From Nanobdella aerobiophila (GTDB lineage: Archaea > Nanobdellota > Nanobdellia > Nanobdellales > Nanobdellaceae), in contig NZ_AP019769.1 of assembly GCF_023169545.1 (NCBI RefSeq), forward strand, positions 330,001 to 362,000: a stretch of 32,000 bases of DNA. The letters run 5' to 3'. Made by a program: the position numbers and the translations under genes. Shown piece after piece: positions 25,868 to 32,000 of the stretch. A model generated the notes under the pieces. It did not search any database and was not told the DNA's origin. It was given only the letters and a program-made list of their open reading frames with translations. How positions within the stretch are numbered: position 1 is the first letter of the stretch; each line of letters begins with the position of its first letter.

Positions 25868-26332
25868 ATGGAAATATTGATTATAGGAAATAAAATTGAT
25901 ATAGAGGATGGCAATGTAAACATAAAAAAAGAGAAAAATAGATTATCGGTAGAATATAATAAGATTATTGAATCATACCAATATAATGATCTAAAAATTA
26001 ATTGGAGTGTTAAAATAAACTTTATTTACAACAAAATAAAATATATAGAATCTACAAGAGATATATATGTGTATGATTATACTCAGATAAATGACAAAGA
26101 TAAAATATATAATTTTAATAGATTAGTATATCTAGGATATAGTTTAAAAGAATACAGAGAAATAGAAATTAAGAAAAATGGTATATATCTATTATCTCCA
26201 TCTGAAAAAGTATCTTTAGGTAATGGTAGGATAGAAACCGATTTCGGATCCAAGTTAATAGAGGAGGATAAAGTATCTAAAGATTTATTATTGTTATCAG
26301 ATGGATTACTAATATTTAATAATACTATCTAA
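25868..26332 (+). CDS. hypothetical protein
   Basis: 154-codon ORF with beta-rich looking composition. I recognise no family. Confidence 0.45.
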   Translation: MEILIIGNKIDIEDGNVNIKKEKNRLSVEYNKIIESYQYNDLKINWSVKINFIYNKIKYIESTRDIYVYDYTQINDKDKIYNFNRLVYLGYSLKEYREIEIKKNGIYLLSPSEKVSLGNGRIETDFGSKLIEEDKVSKDLLLLSDGLLIFNNTI

Positions 26333-27019
26333 ATAATCCTTTAAATCTTCTATTTTTTCTTTAAAACTTTTATTATTTATGTTGTTTATTTCTTTTCTAT
26401 CAATGCCCATTGTTATCCATATTACTGAGTCTATATGAAGTAATGGTATATTAACTTCTTTTGATAATGATATCCAAAATTTCTTATCCTTAGATATTTT
26501 TGATATTCTATTATCTACAGGTATATATATCTCATATGGGTAAATTATTTTATACCCAATTATTCGTAAACCATAACCAAATATTTTCGTAGAAAATACA
26601 ATGGTTTTATCTTCGTAATTTTGACCCATTACAGAAGCAATTTCATTATTAAATCCTAATAAATTATCTTTGTAAATTAATAAATCCTTATCCTTAATCC
26701 AATTATATATTTTATCTAATCTTTTTACCTTTGTCTCTTTTAATCTAGAATTATATTTATATATAAAATCTATAAAATCATTATATATATCATAATAATT
26801 TATAGAAAAATAATCTGAAAACTTCTTCCAAAATAGTTCTCCCTTATAAATCAGTTGAAATGCTAATAAAGAGTTAATTACTATGATTTTCAAAAAAATA
26901 TCTCTATTATTTATTTTATTGTATAAATTTCTTAAATATATATATTGCTTATCATAATTTTCTTCATAATATAATACTTCATCTATGCTGAATCTTTTTA
27001 ATAACTCAATAAGATTCAT
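26309..27019 (-). CDS. N-glycosylase/DNA lyase, archaeal 8-oxoguanine glycosylase (AGOG) family
   Basis: Blocks INSLLAFQLIYKGELFWKKFSDYF, KTIVFSTKIFGYGLRI, IYIPVDNRISKIS and NIPLLHIDSVIW match the AGOG pattern (ALVSYQL.GKGE..W..F; K.+.FA.K..Y; IP+PVD.R+; IP.LH+DS++W). Confidence 0.8.
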   Translation of the reverse strand: MNLIELLKRFSIDEVLYYEENYDKQYIYLRNLYNKINNRDIFLKIIVINSLLAFQLIYKGELFWKKFSDYFSINYYDIYNDFIDFIYKYNSRLKETKVKRLDKIYNWIKDKDLLIYKDNLLGFNNEIASVMGQNYEDKTIVFSTKIFGYGLRIIGYKIIYPYEIYIPVDNRISKISKDKKFWISLSKEVNIPLLHIDSVIWITMGIDRKEINNINNKSFKEKIEDLKDYLDSIIKY

Positions 27020-27047
27020 ATAAAATTTTTTAATAAAAATATTTTTA

Positions 27048-27320
27048 ATGGATATAAATATAGAAGAATTATTATACTATTTAAATAGAGAGTATGATAA
27101 ATTAAATAAAATATTTTCCGATATAAGATTTTTTAACAGAAACATTGAAGATTATGTAAGGTCATATTATAATGATTTTTTATACTTTTATGATAGAAAA
27201 GAATATATAAAAGCTTTTGAATTAGAAAATTATATATGGGGAATTATAGATATATTATTAAATCTAAAATTAATTGAAGTAAAAGAAGAATATAAAAAAT
27301 GGTTTAAATTATTTATTTAA
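27048..27320 (+). CDS. DUF357-like small helical protein
   Basis: 90 aa. The segment YYNDFLYFYDRKEYIKAFELENYIWGIIDILLNLKLIE resembles the DUF357 core (A..Y..DA.YF...GD...A.....YA.GWLD). Confidence 0.5.
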   Translation: MDINIEELLYYLNREYDKLNKIFSDIRFFNRNIEDYVRSYYNDFLYFYDRKEYIKAFELENYIWGIIDILLNLKLIEVKEEYKKWFKLFI

Positions 27321-28484
27321 GCTCTGATATATCCTTATTAATCTATTTAACTTTGCTATTCTCTCTCCATTTACTATTCCAAACTTCACATATGGTACTT
27401 CAAACCCGACTGCAATATCCGCTATAATATTACTATCCGTTTCTCCAGATCTATGAGAGAGTATAGGTATTAGATTATTTTCTTTACATAATTTAACAGT
27501 TTCAAATGCTTTTACCACTGAACCAATTTGGTTTGGCTTTATAATAACTCCTTTTATGGATTTATATACTAATGCTTTTTTTATCCTTTCAGTATTTGTA
27601 ACAGTTAGGTCATCTCCGACAATCAATGATTTTGTATTATTATTAATTTCTGCAAAGCCATCAAAATCTTCCTCATCTATTGGATCTTCTACATAAAATA
27701 AATCATACAATTCTATTAAGGATTTTACATACTTTATCTGTTCTTCCCTAGAAAATATTTTATCTTTATATTGATATGAATTATTTTTATATAATTGACT
27801 TGCAGCTAAATCAATTCCAATATTAATTCCAATATTATAATCCTCTTTTATTTCTCCAAATACCATCTTAATAACATTAAATACAGTATTATCATCCAAA
27901 AATGTCGTCCAAGCCCCCTCATCATCCTTTCCATATAAAAACCTATCATCCAATAATTCTAATCTTTTCCCCAATAATTTATGTATATAAGAAGCAACAA
28001 AGATTGCTAAGGGTAAATTATTTGTATCTGGAGATATTAAAAATTCTTGAATATTTGTACTCCTTCCTTTTGCATGCGCTCCACCTCCTATAACATTAGC
28101 TAATATCTTAATATTCATCTTTGGATTCTTATTAAAAAATTCATATATATTTCTCCCCTCATAATTTGACCATGCTCTTAATATTGCAAATTCTGTAGCT
28201 ATTAATGTATTTGCCCCATATCTTTTTATTCCTCCTATTGATTCGAATTCTGATTCAAAGGCCTCCAAATCTTTATATGATTGTATATCAAAAGTTTTAA
28301 GAAAATCTACTAATTCATTATTAAATAATTCTACAGCTTTTTGAGGATCTATATATGGAGCTTCATATTTTCCTTTACTAGCACCTTCCGGTGCTGCTTC
28401 AGAACTTTTATTTATTTCTACTTCTATTGTAGGATCACCTCTCGAGTTTAATACTACCCTCGCCCTTGCGGATTTTATCTCCAT
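27309..28484 (-). CDS. eno: enolase (phosphopyruvate hydratase), short form
   Basis: The N-terminus is IKSARARVVLNSRGDPTIEVEI. GGGAHA, IGIDLAAS, EDPIDEEDF, GDDLTVTN, IKPNQIGS and SHRSGETDS are present. Length is 391 aa. Confidence 0.93.
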   Translation of the reverse strand: MEIKSARARVVLNSRGDPTIEVEINKSSEAAPEGASKGKYEAPYIDPQKAVELFNNELVDFLKTFDIQSYKDLEAFESEFESIGGIKRYGANTLIATEFAILRAWSNYEGRNIYEFFNKNPKMNIKILANVIGGGAHAKGRSTNIQEFLISPDTNNLPLAIFVASYIHKLLGKRLELLDDRFLYGKDDEGAWTTFLDDNTVFNVIKMVFGEIKEDYNIGINIGIDLAASQLYKNNSYQYKDKIFSREEQIKYVKSLIELYDLFYVEDPIDEEDFDGFAEINNNTKSLIVGDDLTVTNTERIKKALVYKSIKGVIIKPNQIGSVVKAFETVKLCKENNLIPILSHRSGETDSNIIADIAVGFEVPYVKFGIVNGERIAKLNRLIRIYQSLNK

Positions 28485-28513
28485 ATAATATATAATACTA
28501 ATTTACTTATATT

Positions 28514-28999
28514 TCATTGTAGTGTATATGAACTAGACATTTCATTTCCATAATATAATAAAGATACTTGACCACCTGCAAGATCTCCAGACAACGAAGA
28601 ATTCACATAAATCACAAATATTGTATTTGATGATATGGAACTACCTAAATATGAAATAGATGTATTTGAAGGATTAACAATATTAGATACATAACAAGTT
28701 AAAGCAGAACCTGCTGCGGAATTTTGTACAACTGGACATTTATATATATTTCCTGTAGCAGTTTGTACTTCTACTTCTATATCATTTGCTAATATAGCAT
28801 TCGAACCTATATTTTCAGCTGTAATATTTATTGCTCCTCCTCCTTCCTGAGCAACAAGTATTTCAGATTGTGCACCTAAATTTGATATTTGACCTCTTAC
28901 ATACCCTTTTGCCCAGCCAACTATGACTGCACCCAAGGCAACAGTTAATGCGATTAATATTATAGTTGCTATCAGTGGTGATACTGCTTTTATTTTCAT
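28514..28999 (-). CDS. archaeal type IV pilin-like protein (class III signal peptide)
   Basis: The N-terminus MKIKAVSPLIATIILIALTVALGAVIVGW matches the K(G/A)-VSP(V/L)IAT+LLIA+TVA prepilin motif. The mature part is Ala/Gly/Ser/Val-rich and beta-like. Confidence 0.85.
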   Translation of the reverse strand: MKIKAVSPLIATIILIALTVALGAVIVGWAKGYVRGQISNLGAQSEILVAQEGGGAINITAENIGSNAILANDIEVEVQTATGNIYKCPVVQNSAAGSALTCYVSNIVNPSNTSISYLGSSISSNTIFVIYVNSSLSGDLAGGQVSLLYYGNEMSSSYTLQ

Positions 29000-29032
29000 A
29001 TGATATAAAAATACTTATTAATATAAAAGTTT

Positions 29033-29305
29033 TTACACGGTCTTTCTTATATTCAACTTTAGTCTATCCCAAGGTTTATAATTTATTATCTTACCTTCTA
29101 AAAAAATTTGATAGTTATTATAATAAAAAATAAATGAAGATATATCTTTTGGGATAATCTTTATACCACTTTCAGTTTCTATATAGAATACATTTTTAGT
29201 TTCATCTATTATTTTACCATATAATCCTTTTAAAGATTTGATTTTACTATCATAAACTTCTATATACATGCCTATAAATTCTCTATTAATAAAATCTTTA
29301 TTCAA
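29033..29305 (-). CDS. rnp1: RNase P protein component 1 (Rpp29/Pop4 homologue)
   Basis: The segment EFIGMYIEVYDSKIKSLKGLYGKIIDETKNVFYIETESGIKIIPKDISSFIF aligns with the archaeal Rpp29 core (L+G..V.V..S......G+.G.V+DET+N.L.I......+.+PK....F.F). It overlaps SUI1 by 8 nt. Confidence 0.85.
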   Translation of the reverse strand: MNKDFINREFIGMYIEVYDSKIKSLKGLYGKIIDETKNVFYIETESGIKIIPKDISSFIFYYNNYQIFLEGKIINYKPWDRLKLNIRKTV

Positions 29306-29612
29306 TTTCCGTAGATACCTCTATATTATCTTCCTTGTATCCAAGATCTATTAATAATTTTTTTATTTTTTCTCTATGATCTCCTTGTAATTCTATTATA
29401 TTATCTTTATATGTTCCTCCACAACCCAATTTCTGCTTTAAATTCTTTAATGTATCCTTTGCAATTAATGGATCTATACCCTCCAAAATAGTCACTAGTT
29501 TTCCATAACTTCTCTTCTCGGCCCTTATAATCACCTTTTGAAACTCTTTCTCTAGTTCCTTTGTTGTATTATCTAAATCTGTTGGTAAACCAGAAAATAG
29601 TTTCTTTTTCAT
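29298..29612 (-). CDS. translation initiation factor aIF1 (SUI1 family)
   Basis: The SUI1 core is KRSYGKLVTILEGID......LKNLKQKLGCGGTYKDNIIELQGDHREKIKKLLIDLGY. Confidence 0.9.
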   Translation of the reverse strand: MKKKLFSGLPTDLDNTTKELEKEFQKVIIRAEKRSYGKLVTILEGIDPLIAKDTLKNLKQKLGCGGTYKDNIIELQGDHREKIKKLLIDLGYKEDNIEVSTEIE

Positions 29613-29743
29613 TTCATAGAGGCTATTTCTTTTGCCATTTTCTTTCTAAGCTCCCTTATTACTTTTACATTTTTACTTAGATTATTCTTTCTAGCCATAC
29701 TCCTATTCTTTATCAACTCTAATACATCTTCAACCTTTTCCAT
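29609..29743 (-). CDS. rpl29: probable short ribosomal protein uL29 (ORF not in the supplied track)
   Basis: My manual translation is MEKVEDVLELIKNRSMARKNNLSKNVKVIRELRKKMAKEIASMK* (44 aa). The C-terminal IRELRKKMAKEI resembles the uL29 I+E+R+.IAR+ helix. Its TGA overlaps the SUI1 ATG (ATGA). The L29-SUI1-Rpp29 order is the conserved archaeal arrangement. It is shorter than typical uL29 (60-70 aa), and no canonical upstream start is available. Confidence 0.45.
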   Translation of the reverse strand: MEKVEDVLELIKNRSMARKNNLSKNVKVIRELRKKMAKEIASMK

Positions 29744-29757
29744 TATTAATAATCTTT

Positions 29758-30999
29758 TTAGTCTAAAATATTTAAATCTTTGTATTCTATACTTTCAGGT
29801 CTCCAATATGGATTTATACTATCGACATCTTTTATACCTCTTTTATGCCATAATATTCCAGTCCATGCAATCATTGCACCATTATCATTTCCAAAATCCA
29901 ACGGAACAGAACCAAAGTTTATATTCCTCTCAATACACATATTTTTTAATATTTCCTGTAATCTCCGATTCACGGCAACCCCCCCTGCCAAACCAAATTC
30001 CCTTTTATTCAATAATGATAATCCTCTTTCAGATATTTCAGCTAGCATAGAAAAAACATATTCCTGTATAGAATATGATAAATCCTCTATTTTATACTTT
30101 TTTATATTATTTTTTATATATGTATATAACCCACCAAATTGTACATCCATACCTTTAACAATATATGGCAGATCTATCAAGTTACTACCTTTTTTCGCAT
30201 ATTCTTCTATTCTTGGGCCCGCTGGGAAACCGATATTTATTAATCTACCAACTTTATCTAAAAAATTACCAATACCAATATCTAAAGTTTCTCCTATTAT
30301 TCTATACCTATCTCCAGAAAAGGATATCAACATTGTGTTTGCACCAGAAACCAATAGTATTAATGGGTCATTAAAATTATTATATAATTTAACAATTTCC
30401 ATATGCGCTATCAGATGATTTACACCTATTTTATCTATCCCAAATCTTTTAGAAAATAAGTTAGCAGAAAAATACCCTTGTAGTAGAGTAGGATATAAAC
30501 CAGGACCAGCAGAATAGGATATTAGATTTATACTCCTATCAAATTCATTCAAATTATTTATATAATTATTAAGGAATAGTTCTATATCTTTATCATTTGA
30601 TTCTATTCTATTATCTGATATTTTTATGTATATATTATTATTTAATAATAGATATCTATACCGATTCCAAGGTTCTTCATGGAATCTCTCAGATACATAA
30701 TCAAAACTACTATTATTTATTATTTTTGTATCTTCAATCTTCCTCTTTATCTCATTTAAAGCATCTACTATAATATACTTATCTTCTATTTTTTTGATAA
30801 TAAAACCCGCATTCCATACTGATTTCTTAAATATATTTATAATTTCTTTAGAATGTAATTCAGCTGCTTCAGTAGGGTGAATACCACCTTTTTCTGGTTT
30901 AAAAATTATTCTCTCATTAGAATATATCCTACCATTTTGATCTACAATACCAATAGAATACGTATGAGCAGTAGATTCAATACCAAGGGATATTATCAT
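29758..30999 (-). CDS. kae1: tRNA N6-adenosine threonylcarbamoyltransferase Kae1, carrying an ~85-aa insertion
   Basis: Blocks LGIESTAHTYSIGIV, KGGIHPTEAAELH, SYSAGPGL, GVNHLIAHMEI, GETLDIGIGN, GGVAVNRRL and NDNGAMIAW are colinear with archaeal Kae1. At 413 aa against ~330 aa, the surplus lies between residues ~67 and ~154. Confidence 0.9.
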   Translation of the reverse strand: MIISLGIESTAHTYSIGIVDQNGRIYSNERIIFKPEKGGIHPTEAAELHSKEIINIFKKSVWNAGFIIKKIEDKYIIVDALNEIKRKIEDTKIINNSSFDYVSERFHEEPWNRYRYLLLNNNIYIKISDNRIESNDKDIELFLNNYINNLNEFDRSINLISYSAGPGLYPTLLQGYFSANLFSKRFGIDKIGVNHLIAHMEIVKLYNNFNDPLILLVSGANTMLISFSGDRYRIIGETLDIGIGNFLDKVGRLINIGFPAGPRIEEYAKKGSNLIDLPYIVKGMDVQFGGLYTYIKNNIKKYKIEDLSYSIQEYVFSMLAEISERGLSLLNKREFGLAGGVAVNRRLQEILKNMCIERNINFGSVPLDFGNDNGAMIAWTGILWHKRGIKDVDSINPYWRPESIEYKDLNILD

Positions 31000-31388
31000 T
31001 TATTCTCCGTATTATTATTTTTTAATTCCTGAAAAATCTCTTCAAAATTCTTATTACCATATTCCTTTATTACAGTATTTATTTGGACTATTTCAGGTGA
31101 TATTGTATTTCCTCTAACCAATTTTTTTACTCTTATCTTATTATAATTTTTCCAAACATATTTTTTATTCATACCAGATACATAGTCAACCATAGGAGCA
31201 CCTTCATATCCAGAACCGCCTTTAATTTCTAATTTATATCCATCTAAATCAATAATTTCACCATCTATTATATCTCCAATTTTCTTGCCAACTAATGATT
31301 CTTCTTTAACCTCTTTTTGTATACTCTTTCCACTTTTAGGATCAGATACTATTAATTTAAATATCATTTCTTTTCTCTTAGTTGCCAT
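30996..31388 (-). CDS. rps6e: 30S ribosomal protein S6e
   Basis: The segment FKLIVSDPKSGKSIQKEVKEESLVGKKIGDIIDGEIIDLDGYKLEIKGGSGYEGAPM matches the S6e N-terminal domain. Its TGA overlaps the kae1 ATG (ATGA). Confidence 0.9.
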   Translation of the reverse strand: MATKRKEMIFKLIVSDPKSGKSIQKEVKEESLVGKKIGDIIDGEIIDLDGYKLEIKGGSGYEGAPMVDYVSGMNKKYVWKNYNKIRVKKLVRGNTISPEIVQINTVIKEYGNKNFEEIFQELKNNNTENK

Positions 31389-31461
31389 TCTTATTCTTTC
31401 TATAAAAATATTTTTAACTCTTTACTAAAACTTTTATTTATTTAAATAAATTAAAAAATAT

Positions 31462-31935
31462 ATGAATGAACTATTACATATAGAACAAGATAAGGACTTC
31501 CCGGACAAATTTTATGGAATAATAACCAGCATAAAAGACAATAATAATATAAATTTTTTAGATTATGAAAATAATATATATTCATATATTAATAATAAGA
31601 TGAGGTTTCCATTCTATTTTGGAATAATACCACAGACATATATAGAGGATGGCCCATTATCATTTATATTCTTCTCAGAGAATCAATATTCGATACTTAC
31701 CAAAATAAAATTAGAACCTTCATTTTTTATAAAAGTTCCGACAGGCGAGGCTGTACTAAATATAGTATTTTCTGAGGTAAATTCAAAAATAATAATAAAT
31801 AAAGATAATATAAAAAATATTTTAGAAGAATTCTTTAATGAAGAAATTTCTATAATAAATAATGCAAAAAATATATTAATAAATGCTAATAATGAATATC
31901 ATAGGAAGTATGTAAAGATTATTAAAAAATTATAG
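31462..31935 (+). CDS. inorganic pyrophosphatase (family I)-like protein, probably catalytically degenerate
   Basis: The segment MRFPFYFGIIPQTYIEDGPLSFIFFSENQYSILTKIKLEP resembles the PPase core (YP.NYGFIP.T..EDGDPLDVLV......PG..+.V+P). The Asp-rich metal-binding positions are mostly replaced. Confidence 0.5.
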   Translation: MNELLHIEQDKDFPDKFYGIITSIKDNNNINFLDYENNIYSYINNKMRFPFYFGIIPQTYIEDGPLSFIFFSENQYSILTKIKLEPSFFIKVPTGEAVLNIVFSEVNSKIIINKDNIKNILEEFFNEEISIINNAKNILINANNEYHRKYVKIIKKL

Positions 31936-32000
31936 ACCCCAGGATGGATTTTCTTTTCTGAATATATTTGCAATTTCTTTCAGTATATTCTTTTGGTCCT

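Noticed and set aside
27902-28093. A plus-strand 63-aa ORF.
   Set aside because: It is antisense to enolase.
29780-30418. A long 212-aa plus-strand ORF, plus nested ORFs 29808-30050 and 30165-30374.
   Set aside because: It is entirely antisense to kae1, whose product matches its family over the full length. The translations are low-complexity (F/I/L/S/P-rich) with no motifs. Long antisense shadow ORFs are expected from the codon bias.
30538-30801. An intein as the explanation for the Kae1 insertion.
   Set aside because: The insert does not start with Cys/Ser/Thr at a plausible junction. It does not end in His-Asn followed by Cys/Ser/Thr, and it has no recognisable intein splicing blocks.
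1-32000. A search for CRISPR arrays, tandem or long direct repeats, IS elements, integrases, rRNA, C/D-box sRNAs (tgatga...ctga spacing) and systematic TATA-box calls.
   Set aside because: I saw no regularly spaced repeats and no transposase/integrase-like ORFs. Outside the two tRNAs I noticed no convincing GC-rich non-coding island, and no properly spaced C/D boxes in the spacers. TATA-like strings occur everywhere in this AT-rich DNA, so promoter calls other than the tRNA-associated candidate were not reported. Visual inspection cannot exclude diverged or short repeats.

Overview
This is an extremely A+T-rich (by eye about three quarters A+T, not computed), very gene-dense archaeal chromosome segment. 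Archaeal origin is supported by topoisomerase VI A/B, TFS, aIF1/SUI1, ribosomal protein S6e, RNase P protein Rpp29, AGOG glycosylase, a class III signal-peptide pilin, and an intron-containing tRNA-Tyr with a C1-G72 pair. The two tRNA genes are sharp GC-rich islands in the AT-rich background. Together with short spacers and many 4-8 nt gene overlaps, this suggests a thermophile with a reduced genome, possibly DPANN/Nanoarchaeota-like; that is inference only. I call about 40 CDS, mostly housekeeping: pyk, eno, 2-oxoacid:ferredoxin oxidoreductase beta, ADP-forming acetyl-CoA synthetase beta, top6BA, uppP, tfs, signal peptidase, kae1, rps6e, and DNA repair glycosylases. There are also 2 tRNAs, one short unlisted ORF (probable uL29) and 2-3 decayed genes. 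I found no CRISPR array, rRNA, transposase/integrase or recognisable defence system, and I cannot point to one clear novel system. The most unusual observations are listed here. (1) A SPOUT/DUF171 methyltransferase gene is broken by exactly three frameshifts, all on A-runs, two of them in phase with X_XXY_YYZ heptamers. (2) An ABC exporter is fused to extra domains at both ends, the C-terminal one DUF1854-like. (3) A gene-decay block surrounds an intact pyrimidine-dimer glycosylase next to tRNA-Tyr. (4) An overlapping operon pairs an HDAC-family protein (HH changed to HG) with a compact GH1 glycosidase. (5) Kae1 carries an insertion of about 85 aa. (6) A pyrophosphatase homologue has lost most catalytic acidic residues. 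(7) tRNA-Tyr and tRNA-Asn have almost identical bodies. All family assignments come from remembered motifs, not database searches.
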